A DNA stretch of 64,000 nucleotides from Craspedostauros australis. Taxonomy: Eukaryota. The translations under genes and the position numbers were made by a program. This document shows positions 39,201 through 51,161 of the stretch, in pieces. Position 1 is the stretch's first letter. Each line of letters begins with the position of its first letter. The stretch is taken from positions 1 to 64,000 of the forward strand of contig JALAGF010006649.1 of the NCBI GenBank assembly GCA_030167865.1, given 5' to 3'. The notes below the pieces were generated by a model. It did not search any database. It was not told the DNA's origin and saw only the letters and a program-made list of their open reading frames with translations.

Positions 39201-41673
39201 GCGGACCCCCAAGAGCAGACATGATGTGCAAAGAGAGAAAGAAAAAGAGGGACCACGCCGGAGCACCGATAAATGGGAAGAACAGCGTGGACGAGCGACG
39301 CCAACGACTCCACGCTTTGGATCGCCGCGGTGACATTGACGATGATGGTGATGCTGGACGACCCACCATACACGAGCACGAGTTCATAACACGCCAACCT
39401 CGTCCCCATACAATCTAGTCGTACATGGGCATCGTCACCCCCGAGATCGTGCCCCACAAGCATGGTCGCCGTTGACTGTGGTGTGCACCATTCAAACGAT
39501 GATTCGCGCTGCGCCACGCGAGTGCAGCCTCTAGATCGTACCACGCATGTTCGTACTTACAATATGCCACAATCGTAATATTCGTCGAGTCAATACGCGT
39601 GCAACATGGTGGTGGTGTCCTTGCCCACACAAGAACCAGCACCACATCCCACAGTTCCGCTCCGCGTTGCGGCCAGAACTCACAGCTCTGTGACCACGGT
39701 TGGCGGATGGCGACATGGCAACACGGCACGGAGTGGCGCTCACACTCTCCTCCAATGATAAGCTCGGTTGCGACGACGGGTAGTTCGGTATCTACTATAC
39801 TCTGGACGACCGTGCTCGAGCTACGAATACCACATGGATTGCAACACCTACGCAGCATGCCAACGTCGTATGGAACAATGCCCAAGATCAATCGTCCGTA
39901 CATGTAGCTCGTGAAGCACTTTCTGAGCAATACTGGCATGCCATACCAGAGATGTGCGTAACCTCGCAAAGGTTGCACTAGGCTGGTGGCGCGAACAGGC
40001 TTCCCTCTCATTTCGCGCTCGCGCAACGAATTTCATTCATTTCTGATGCAATACCATGTGCGAGTATTGGTATGGTAAACACCCGCTATGGCCAATTGAT
40101 CCAACCTTTCTCTGTTGGGGACGCGTAGCTCGGACGGTGTGGTACCATTTGGGTTGTTGGCTGCTCCGCCCAGATTCCAAGTTTCGGCGGCGCGTCCTGG
40201 CCACTTGATCTGTTGGTTCCGCTGATCTTCTCACTCCACTTCACTAAAACAACCTCGAGAGTGGACACTGTGTTCGGACATAATATTAGTATTAATGTAT
40301 CATACCGGTGCTTACACTGAACTGGTGTTGGCGCTTGAGCAAGAGGAGGACGACAAAGTCACAACAATACGTGAGGGGCCTAAACATCCGCTGATACATC
40401 CCTCAAAAGAAGGCGAACAGATGCACAAATGAGAATCATGCGCAAAGCGGTGGACCAGTTAATCGTTCGCGCCGTTTGGCGTGTCGCTGGTTCTTGAATC
40501 GTTGAAGCACCAACAAAGACTGGCGGGCCGACGTTATCCGCTGTTCCACTCTGCTCGGGCTCCGTCCCACCCACCCACCCGCCCGCCCGCCCGCGGCCCA
40601 GTCCAGCAGATCTTTGAAGGATGCGTCCGTGATCACCGACCATCTGCCAACACCGCCCCAACACAAGCGACATCACAACCTGGATGCGATGCGATGGGAT
40701 CAAGGTTGCTTCTCTCCAGTTCCCTCCGATCCAAGTATATTATTGATGTTGCCACACTCGTGCACTGCGAGGACGAGCATGACAGTATGCCCATCCTCCT
40801 AGCGTCTTACCAGCGCAGTGTGCGTACGGTACCTACAGGCGTGGTATTCTATTCTACGATCTATGATTGGAGCAACAACACTGCGTGCAGAATCTTGGCA
40901 TGGTGGCGTCCATACGAATACCTGGCTCGCATGCCGTGAGTATTCGGACTTTCGCAACAAACTTACGAGAGGTGAAAGTGCATTTCGTGCGCTAGCGTCG
41001 GAAACAGTTGCTTTGCGTGCGTGGACAGCTCAGTCTCTTCAGCCTGCGTACGAGCATGTGAGGGTGCATACGAGCTGTGAGGAATGAAGCTGGAGAGTAT
41101 CGTGCATTCCTCATAGTGGAGTGGGCCAGCGCCTCTGGAGAGCGCCAATACACGTACCCTATCGTGAGTACTATTGTATTCCGAGTGTTATGACCAGTGA
41201 TTGGACCAAAGTGATCCATGGGCATCGACGTGTTGGGAATTGGGATCCTCTGACGGAGCAACTGGCTGTCCTGGACGAAGATGGAGGAAATAGCCAAATC
41301 GTGTTTGCACTCCCTTGTGCGGAGGCAACGAGGCGAGGCCTCGGCATCGTATCGTGCTCTGCTCAAGAGCAATCGAGGTACTCGATGCCAGGATAGAGCA
41401 TTGCAAGTATGGGATACACTAACAGAGTACAGTACAGTATTTGCGTAATGAAATGGTAAGACACATGTGCTATATCGTACTGTACAATCTGCCCACCTGC
41501 ATCCGCGTGATGCGAGTAGAATGAGGTAGCAGTACGCGAGCGGAAAATGTACTCCTGACACTCGCAGTTTTGCTGCCGGTGTCCACCACAGCTGACGTCA
41601 TCCCCAGTCTTCTTGTGACTCGAGCCCGCGCCGCGTCACCGAGAGCACCCCGTGCGAGCTATCCCCCAGAGGT

Positions 41674-42855
41674 TCAAGGCAAGGCCCGCTGTCTGATTAT
41701 CCTCTCCACCGCGATGAGCTTCAATTCGAGCATTCTCCTGTTGAAAAGCGAGGTGTCGGTGAGTCCGAGATCCGGCATTGGCACTGACGTGACAGGCGGA
41801 GTGAATAGCACGGTGCTGGGTGCCGGCTGTTGCTGTGCTTGGGTTGGAAGCCCGCTGAGGAGCAATGCCTGCGCATCAACGATCTGCTGGTACTGCGACA
41901 TGACGCTTGGCTTGCGGAGGGGGAGAGCCAGCGAGAGGTGAAGATTGCGAATCGTCGCATCTCTCACGCTGTCATTTGGAGTGGCATGGTGTACATTCGT
42001 CATCGGCGTGACGGGCATGATCGTGGGCATATTGACGGAGCCTGGTGTTGCAATCCGTGGGCGATTGATCTTCTTGGGTGATACTGCAGAGCTGCAGAGG
42101 AGCTGCACCAGAGAAGGCGGCTGCAAATTGGTTGATCTTCGCTCGTAGGATGCTTCGAGCAGGTTGGTCAGCCCGTGGGGGCTTGCACATGCAGGGAACT
42201 GCGAAGCCAGAGTCTGGGCGTTGAGGTGGGGAGAGCACGTTGTCGATGCCACAGCATCAGGCTGTTGATTCCGTGCTGGTGGGCCCAGAACAGCGCCGCT
42301 GTTGGACAACGTAGGTGGCGAAATGATGTTCGTGGTTGTGGCGCTGGATTTTGGCGGAGGAGTGGCGACGCTACTGAGATCATCGTCGCGTGGTGCTGAT
42401 TGGCTCATTGCGATTGATTTCTTCGCTGTTGCCTTTGCCTTTGCGTTGGGCTGGTGCTGCTGCCGTCTCTTCGTCACCGTGGTGCCATGGAAGGACCGGA
42501 CACGATGGCGGAAGGCTTGCTTGATCTTTTCCATGATCACGGGCGTACTCTCGATGACTTGGTAGATGTCGTCGCTGTTGATATCGCCTTCGACATCAAC
42601 CTCATCGTTGACGGTTGAGATTGCGAGCATTTCCCTCTCGTCGACCTTGCGGAGGAACCTGCCCTTGTTGGATTGAATGATGGCAAGCACCTGTTTTGCG
42701 ATCTTCGCCTTTTCGGAGCGCGCCGATGCGTCCTTGTACTGCGGTGAGAATTGCTTGATGGTCAGCCGGAATGAGATGTTGCCGCAGTGATCGCCAGGCT
42801 TGGATCCTCGTCCCAGCAGCACATCTGATTCCCTGATCTCGCTTGTGTATTTCAT
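41674..42855 (-). CDS. DUF6824-domain protein (paralog D), ~393 aa from the first in-frame ATG
   Basis: MKYTSEIRESDVLLGRG..DHCGNISFR...KGRFLRK...EKIKQAFRH. The listed ORF start at 43257 is TTG, so the ATG at 42855 is preferred. Confidence 0.85.
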   Translation of the reverse strand: MKYTSEIRESDVLLGRGSKPGDHCGNISFRLTIKQFSPQYKDASARSEKAKIAKQVLAIIQSNKGRFLRKVDEREMLAISTVNDEVDVEGDINSDDIYQVIESTPVIMEKIKQAFRHRVRSFHGTTVTKRRQQHQPNAKAKATAKKSIAMSQSAPRDDDLSSVATPPPKSSATTTNIISPPTLSNSGAVLGPPARNQQPDAVASTTCSPHLNAQTLASQFPACASPHGLTNLLEASYERRSTNLQPPSLVQLLCSSAVSPKKINRPRIATPGSVNMPTIMPVTPMTNVHHATPNDSVRDATIRNLHLSLALPLRKPSVMSQYQQIVDAQALLLSGLPTQAQQQPAPSTVLFTPPVTSVPMPDLGLTDTSLFNRRMLELKLIAVERIIRQRALP

Positions 42856-42956
42856 GGTGGTGTTTTGGCTGTGCTCAGTGCCGGCTTTCGTTACCAGAGT
42901 ACTTGCTTTGAGTTTGTTGTGCGGTATACGTGCAGTGTGCGTGCGTGCGTTGGTGT

Positions 42957-43059
42957 TGTGATGTTTGTGATGTTTGTGATGTTTGTGATGTTTGTGATGT
43001 TTGTGATGTTTGTGATGTTTGTGGTGTTTGTGATGTTTGTGGTGTTTGTGATCTTTGTG
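42957..43059. repeat. 9-bp tandem repeat (TGTGATGTT)n, ~11 copies, ~100 bp upstream of paralog D
   Basis: Read directly. Confidence 0.95.
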
Positions 43060-46000
43060 CTTTGGTTTGTATTTTGTTCTCTGTTTTGGATTGTGAGACA
43101 AAATGTGCTGCGACGATTTCAGGATCAACAAACGCGCACCAATTGCGCAAACCAAGGAAATGACCGAGGAGGTCCCACCATCCCACAAGCGAGCGCAGAA
43201 GGTCAGAAGGCAAGAAGAGAGGGAAGGAAGGGAACAAACAAACAAGTTTGCAACCAAGGAAGCGAGAGGGCGTCCCTCACCCCAACAACGTTAGCGTTTT
43301 CTTGGCTATTTTACTTTGCCGAGTTCGAGGCGCGTTTGGTTGTTGTCGTTGTTGGTACTGCCTTCACAAACCGGAGCCCTGAGTGGTCTCTGTATCTCTT
43401 CGTTTGTGGTGATCCTTTGGCACGCTGACTTGAATGTAACTGTGGTGGTGCCGAAGACCCAAGGCGAGTTTTCAATAACTTCTACCTCCATGGAGGTGCG
43501 TCGGAGTCATTTTGATGGCCCAATGTTGGACCAACGAACAATCGCATGCGGCCGAACGTGGCTCGCAACCTTTGCGAAATCGAGTTCGGAGACTCGAGAA
43601 TCCCAAGAGGCCATTGTATTTCCCACTTTGTGCCCAGATGGGCGGCTATTTTCTCTTTGCAATAGCGCCAAATCAGCACAAGCCAGCTCGTCATCTCCGA
43701 AATGCGGCGGAATGGGGGACTAAGTTCACGCATACCCGTGTCACGTTTGGCGAAAAGCACTTTATACTTAAGCTTCAGGGGCAGCTTTACGATGACTTCT
43801 TGTCGTGAACTATCATTGATTGATATGTCGCGTTCGTAGAGCGCACTTATGGTCAATCATGTCGGCGCACGCTCTCGGATGGCAAATCCAGTTCGTCGAT
43901 CTCAGCGAACGCGCTTCGTGGGTTCTTGGGTTGCCCTTGTGTGGCTCTGGCATCATCTTGGCGATTCGCAGCGCTGGTGCCACTCACTGAGGCCGGCTGG
44001 GAGGATCAAAGAATGATCACAGCCGACCAAAAGTGCTGTCCGCGGCCACTGACGTTGCCCAAACACCCTGCAGCACACAACCCTGTTCTAGGTCGTATTT
44101 GTGGAGAATGTATGTACGAACCATGCACGGTATAATCGGTAGGTGATGTATTGTGTTTTTACGGACACGAGCTACTCTGTCACTCTCCTGCGAGCATTTG
44201 TATCATTCACATATCTCCGTCATCGCGATGGTTCGTTGTGTGGCACGATGGCTCATATTGGTCCACAACAGTTGGATGCAGGGGATCTATGTGAAAGGTC
44301 TCACTCTTCTTGCCTTTGGAGTGCTCTTACAATTGTGCGCACTTTACGAGGACAATGACGCTCCTCATTTGCCCAGAAGCAAACAAATCAGAATGAGGCT
44401 CACGTGTGGACATTGGTACGATCAGCCTTGTCCCGACAGCCTTGCAACACCGAAGAAATCTCTCCCAACCTCTGAAACGAGGCAACATGCGAGAATGTCA
44501 TAGAGGAGGATAGTTACTCCTAGTTCATGTGATCGTGGGCACGCAACCTGAAGATGGGCATTGGTATCGCAAGGAGAAATCAGTCGGCGAGGATTACGAA
44601 TTGGAGGTCGAGCGGGAGGAGCCCCCTGCTCTTACGTCGAAACAATTGAACTGGCGAGATGACGAAGCCACAACTTTCCGCCATTATGTCGACTGCGCAG
44701 ATGACGCTTGCGGGGAGAGGAGCGGCATGGGTGGCGAGCATCTCTCGTTTGCAGACTAGATCGTGCTATGCGTGGTGACGCATCCTAATCCCACAGTCAC
44801 ACAAGGGCTACACGTAGTCGTAGGTACTCGTACCTACTCGTACCTACTCGTGGGCCTTTCTCTCCGCAAAGAACAAGGATGACAGAGAGGCCAACCGCCG
44901 CTTGTCGCTGTGCACTCGGGGATATGTCCTTTCGTGACCAGAAAAACTCATGAAGGATGGTTGATTCAAAGAAGACATTTTGTCCCAAACTCCGGAGGCA
45001 CAACCATCAAGTCATGATCGCTCCAGCCGACGCGGCAACACCCCACCTTGGCTTCTTTTCCTCGCCACCACAGAGCGTCACAGGTCGGAAATTCCCAGCT
45101 TCACGGATTGCGTTGCACGCCACACAAGACCTCTTCCGCAGTCTTTGGAGAAAGAGAGGGAGCCCCCCTTCTCTGCTCTGCTCCTGCCTTCAGGCATGCG
45201 CACTCGTTCGATTCATGTACGGCAGACCTGCAAATCGCGCGGAGTACGAGCTACTTCCGGTGACAATATTTGTCCCATGGTCTCTAACAAGGCGGTGGCA
45301 AACGCCCGATAACGGATGCAATCGACACGCAAACAGCGCTTTGCTCCACCAGTCCACGAGCTGCACGAGTGTGGCTTTCGTGCTTGCTCTGCTCCACTCT
45401 ACTCCTATTCTTGGTGGTGGAAAGAGGACATCCGAGGAAGAAGGTCATTTCTCTTGCTCTCTCACCCACTCTGTCTGTCTTCCTCCTTCTCTTGGGCAGT
45501 CCAGGACTATCAGCCACTTGTCATTTAATGTGCCGTTGCATGAACCTCTCCAGGACGTTGCAGTTCCTGCCCTCTCGCTACGAACGTACGGGCGCATGGT
45601 TCGAGCTGTAGTACGTGTTCTCGAGGACAAGCACGGAAGGGTGAGGAGCTTGTGCGTTCTTAGCGCTTTGCAGTCATGTGACGTGAGACAGACGCTTGTC
45701 GGTATCAGGAAGGCAAGCCTGGGCACTGGCACGCCACCGCTCAGCAGCGCGCGAGTATGGAGCCCTCCTGACGGCAAGAGACACTGGCCCCAAGCACGGG
45801 TGCGTGTACATTGTCCGCAACGAGTGGGAAGTAGATCGTACGAGACATTCCATTCACAAGACGTTGTTGGTAGCTCTTACCATGCGTGCATGTTGCTTGA
45901 TGGGACCATTGTGCCGTTGAATAGATCCTTCGATACTGGACCCAGCTTGTTTGCTTTGCATTCTAGCGCAAAGAGAGAAATCAACCAGAGCACCCGTGCG

Positions 46001-48273
46001 AGTTGAGTGGAGGAGAGGAAGAGCTATTCCCAATCGTGAGGCATCTACCGTGTGCCAAATCAGGTGCTCTGCTTCATTCGAACTACGGGGAAACGGTGGA
46101 ATTGCTGAGTCGCCGCCGACGTATGAAATAATTTGCCTCGCTCCAAGTACCGTAGGTGTGCTATGTCTTGTGGGGTGGCATCGTACTCCATCACGGTACA
46201 GATACAGTGGCCACGCGGATCTTGGATGGAACCAGTAGCAATTTGGACCGCGGTTGCTTCGCCAGGATCTGAGGGTCACCTGTCCCCGTATAGCATGAGT
46301 TACTCGTAGGTATCGTAGTATACTCAATGGATTCTTGAGCGTTGGTAGCTAGCGATCCCACAGTTCGCTCTGCTGCACCATTGCATGGGCCCAGGCATGC
46401 ATCGGGATATCTGCTGCGAGCAATGGCACCATCCGCATGGAGCTTCGAACAGAGCAATTAGCGGGTGGCACGGAAAATGATGGCGACCTGAGTGCCGGTG
46501 GTGGTGATGCCACCGACGACGATAGCACAGACAGTAGACGTGTACCAACGCCGTTAATGCTTGGAGTGTCGCCCCGGCATGCGCTCTTCTGGAATTGCGA
46601 TGGTGCTCAGCCCAGAATTCGAGCCGGGCGACCCACCACGTGAGTATTCCTGCTTTCTTGCATATGCAAAAGGTGCAAGTGTAGGCACAGTGGATTGCGA
46701 TGCTCGTTGACGTTGTATCGGCGACGTTCGTCGATTGATCCGTCGCGTTGCTCGAAGCGGTGCGAATCAGCCGCCCTCCTCAAGTGTTGTTGAATGCATG
46801 ATGCTTTGGGCAACGTTTTCGCTGAAAGCAGAGAGCCTCTTGGTGCAGTCTCCAGCTCTATCCTTTTCTCGCCAGTGTAGTGGATGGACAGTGTGATTCG
46901 CATCGCTCGGCACGGCACGGCTTGAAAGGTGTGAGGCGTGTCACGCTGTTAAGCATTGGAAGTACTCATTGCTGAGCGGTGTCACCCGAGTGCGTCCTTC
47001 TCATTGTATAGTCCTCCTCTGCATCGTACGCGGGAGGCATTTTCGCCGATACGAAGACAGCATATCCCTGTCCGCACATGTTGCTTCATCGGCTTGGGGT
47101 CATTTGAGCCTGATCCCCAACCCAACTCTTGCTTCATGCAGGCTGTCTCCGGACCATTCTGTTTCGAGGCCAATCCATCTCTGGATGAACATCCGTCGCA
47201 ACCAAGCGCTCAGCCTCAACCAGTGCAGAGTGGAATGGAGTGGATTACTCGTACACATAATACTTATAATCTGCTTGTACCCTCGTGCGGTTGGAGCTGT
47301 CTGCTTTGTTGGGAACATGAAAGGTGAGCGACATCGAGTTGGTGGAATTGTGCTGCTCTGCTTGCTTTGTGGCTTTGTGGCCTTGTGAGTGCGCTGACAT
47401 CATGTTTCTCTTCCGCAAAATTGTGGTTTCAGATTCTTCTTTGGGATGGAACAATCCTTCTTGGAGCTCATTTATGGAGAAGAGAGAATGACAACATGTG
47501 CTGTCGCAGATCATGTCGCACTGGCTATCGAAAATGCCTCGCTCTCACAAACTGCACGGAGATGAGCAGTTTTGGACAAACAAAACGGCTCACCCTGCAC
47601 AGAACGATATCTCTGCTACCTGCGTCCTTCGCACCGTGCTCAGAACGGCACAAATGACATTTGAGCATCCATCTGCTACAGCCTATCCGAATGGTTGTTG
47701 ATACCGTCCAGCGACCGACCATGGTTGCACCTTGGGAGTGGCTTTGCATCCTCACTGTGCCTGTCGGCCGTCGCACCTGCGAGTACCACGCGAGCGTCGA
47801 TACAGTGTACTTGCTGTGCGGAGTATGTACTGGTACGTAGCTTTGCGAGCTAGAACCTACGCAGGCACCCTCCGTGGAATACGAACGTCCTTGATAAATC
47901 AGAGAGCCATGGTCGGGGTTGGGCTGCGTTTGTGCCGCAGGTTCCTTTGGATCAGATCAGGGTGTCAGCAGAGTGAAGCGTTGGCAAAGCGGATTGCTCC
48001 ACCCTACGAGTTTGTCCTTGTACCTGTGACGCCCAACCGCGAAGAACTATTATAGCCGCCAGTACCACACATGTACGCACATACATACTCATCAATGCGC
48101 CCCCAAACGAAACGAGGAGTGCCACAACGACACTCCAGACATTGCGCAATAGCGTTCATACCGGAGGTACGAGGAGTCGTACTCACACACTACGACTAGT
48201 ATGGATGTACTCCGCCAGATGTGACGCAGTTGGATTGGCGTGGTAGGATCAGACAAGTTGCAACAGCAGCAGA

Positions 48274-48320
48274 GGAGAGCAGAGCAGAGCAGAGCAGAGC
48301 AGAGTAGAGTAGAGTAGAGC
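48274..48320. repeat. Compound pentanucleotide microsatellite (AGAGC)n(AGAGT)n
   Basis: Read directly. A similar (AGAGT)n tract is at ~52879-52899. Confidence 0.9.
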
Positions 48321-48963
48321 ATGTGCTGGAGTGCTGTGGAGAGCAGAGTCCAGAGTCGTGGTACTATGCGTACGAACTCGCAACGACGGCTATGGGTGCT
48401 TTTGAATGTGTGGGTCGTTGCCATGACGTTGATAAGCCCTGGGCAGAACATTGACACGCCATCATTTGTCGCATCTTCTTCGTTCTTATTGCACAACCAC
48501 GAACCTATTTAGATTCTCCTTCTGTTCTCCACGCATTTTGCATTCGGATTATCCAGAAGTATCCCCACGTCATGCCTAAGCAGCCAAATCCCAAATCGAC
48601 ACTGATCCTTCAGAGGGAATCAAGTGAGTGTGCAAGAAGCCCAACACCCGAAAAAACAACAACAACAAAAAACAGGACGGAGGAAGAGAAATATTTCTCC
48701 TCCGAAAATCAGCAGCCAGCAACAGCCAGCAACAACCAACCACGACCAATGATGGCCAGCAACATTCCATTCCACAACAACCAAGCACACTGGTACTTGT
48801 ACGTATCAATACACGTAGTAACAATCGACCAACCACTGAACACACAGTCAGGCACGACACGAAGCATAAGACCAAACCGTAGGCTCTTCCTCAGCTCACA
48901 ATTCTTCCAAACAGCAACATGCTTCTTCTTGAGTTCGACCTCCTTCAGGCCCAAGCAACCACG

Positions 48964-50936
48964 ATGAGCGACAGCACCCCCACCAGACGTGAGACTTTCA
49001 CATCAGCATCCAAGAGGAGCTTCCACGAATTCTCCTCCGAGGATGACTCGTCAGAATCCATCTCCTCCAACACATCGGCATCAACGCTGACACAACAGCC
49101 AAGCAGCCAACGCCTCGTCACCGATCTGGACCGGCTCGTCAACCAAGAGATGAGCAAGATGTCTCTCGAGCAGCGCAGCAGGGTGTTCGAGGACGTCCAC
49201 GCCGTGTCCCAAGACAGAGAAGAGGACAGCAACGTGGCAGCTGAAAGCCTCGCCAAGCTGTCAGATCTGTTGCAGAAGCGCGGTGTTGACAAACAGGCAT
49301 ACGACAAGGCCAACTTCCTCTGCCCTTCCTACGTTGGTAGTCAGGAGTTCCTCCTCCCGTTCCTCAGATCAGAACATTACGTCCTCAGGAAGACAAAGAA
49401 TAAGATTTACACCTACTTCAAAATCAAGCGAGAGCTATTCGGTGATGACCAGCTCGGTAGAGCAATCACCTTCAACGACCTCACAAGCTCCGAGCAGAAA
49501 CTTCTTCGAAACGGCGCCGGCATCTGTCATCCGAATCAGAAGGATATCGGCGGGCGTCTTTTCGGCGTGTACATGCTGAATAGAGCAGAAAGGGCAGAGA
49601 GCATCCTGAGTATGGTAAGTACACCTGTGCAGTACCGGTCTTGTCGGCATGCATCGTGCAAGAAGCGGACTCCGATATGCGCTACTGTACGCGCGAATTC
49701 ATGATCCCTACCCACACATATGCACATATACTCATACACGCATCATTGCCCCGCTGCTTGCTCTGATCTACTGCCGTGTCCAATCATTCATGTTCGATTG
49801 CCTTTCAACACTATATTCAAACGCAGAAGAGGATCATGTGGTACGCAATGGAGTGGATGTGCAGCCTCAGCTCTCCGGCGGACCAACTGAAAGGGTTCGT
49901 CCACGTCCTATACGCCGTTGGCTCCAACCTGTCGCCGCAGTTGCTCGATGGGTATGTCAGCCTCACCAAGGCCATGCCAATGAGGCTCTGTGGTATCCAT
50001 TTCTGTGGCCACGACACAGGTGAGACCAAGGAGGTCACATCGTACCTGCAGCTCAACCTCAACCAATCCTGCAGACTGCGATTCCGATCTCACTATGGCA
50101 ACTACCCAGCATGCATGTACTCCATCCATGGCTACGGCCTGCAGCTGCCAGTCATCGATCACGACGAGATCCATCTCGAGGATTTCACCAATCATCTCAG
50201 TAACAAGCTCCACAACGAAGTGGTGGCTGCCTCTCAACACGAGAGCGACAACAAGAAGATACCGTATCCACGCAAATTTGATGTGCTTCTCGGCCGTGGG
50301 ATCCCGTACCAAAGGTACACCGGGAATGCCAGGCTGCAAGTATTCGTTGACATGTACAAGGAGCGGTACTTTGGTTCCAACGTGTACGGCGCCAAACTCA
50401 TAGTCTGCACAGAGATCCTGAAGTCTATCAAGGAATCATCGGGCCGCTTTCTGAGGCGCAGCAGTGACGGGGTGTACTGGGAATGCATCACTGACGACAT
50501 GGCCAAGGACAAGATCGGGCATGCGTTCAGAAGTACCCTCAGCGCTGAAACTAGCGCGAAGTCGAAGTTTGCACCCAAGGCAAAGACGAAGGAGAAGACA
50601 AAGACAAAGGCTAACCCAAAGACGAAAGTAACCACGAAGACAAAGTCCGAAACGAAAGCACAGGCCAAGGGTAGCGCCACGGAGAAGGCCAAGAGTGCAA
50701 AGCCGTCGCAGCCGGCGCGCATCGAAGTTGCAACAGCTGTCACCGGTGCCGCCGCAAGGGTCCTGGCAGATCCTGTAGCGTCTACACAGGTTGAACTTTT
50801 TCCTGGCAATGCGATAGAAGGACCTTCGGCTCTGGAACTCGGCGATCTCCCCCTGCTTGCGTTCGATGACATGCGAGCAGGAACTGAGAAAGAGATATCC
50901 GAACAAGATACGAGTATGATGGTGCTGAAGAAGTGA
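48964..50936 (+). CDS. CRAL-TRIO/Sec14-like region fused to a DUF6824 domain, followed by a Lys-rich tail; exons 48964-49614 and 49827-50936; ~586 aa (alternative ATG at 48919)
   Basis: Intron GTAAGT...GCAG (49615-49826), phase 0. EMSKMSLEQR..VFEDVH, AYDKA, FLLPFLRSE, YFKIKRELFG, KDIGGR, QLKGFV, PMRLCGIHFC, RFRSHYG match the diatom CRAL-TRIO-like family. FDVLLGRG...GN...GRFL...DKIGHAFR is DUF6824. Confidence 0.88.
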
Positions 50937-51114
50937 AACTTCAGACCAGTGATTATCGCCTCGGCACGGCTCTTGTCGCAAGAAACAAACACAACCTTTG
51001 TGCAGCGCAGGTGTAGCCTTGCACAGCATAGTATGGTGCCATACACAACTAAACATTATATTCTCTTTGACGCAAATTCCAGCCCACTCCAGTACTCTTC
51101 TCTACAAGTGTTCA

Positions 51115-51161
51115 CTCTCTCTCTCTCTCTCTCTCTCTCTGGAAAGAGAGAGAGAGAGAGA
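51115..51161. repeat. (CT)13-GGAA-(AG)8 inverted microsatellite
   Basis: Read directly. A 17-bp perfect stem with a 4-nt loop is possible. Confidence 0.9.

Noticed and set aside
36500..41600. Scattered ORFs between paralogs C and D
   Set aside because: No recognisable domains, TIRs or splice-supported models.
41690..41950. LxLxL (EAR-like) motifs LHLSL and LELKL in paralog D
   Set aside because: Short motifs that are common by chance and not clearly conserved in paralogs A-C.
44957..46006. 349-aa plus-strand ORF
   Set aside because: Composition looks random, with no domain or codon bias. Cannot be supported as a gene.
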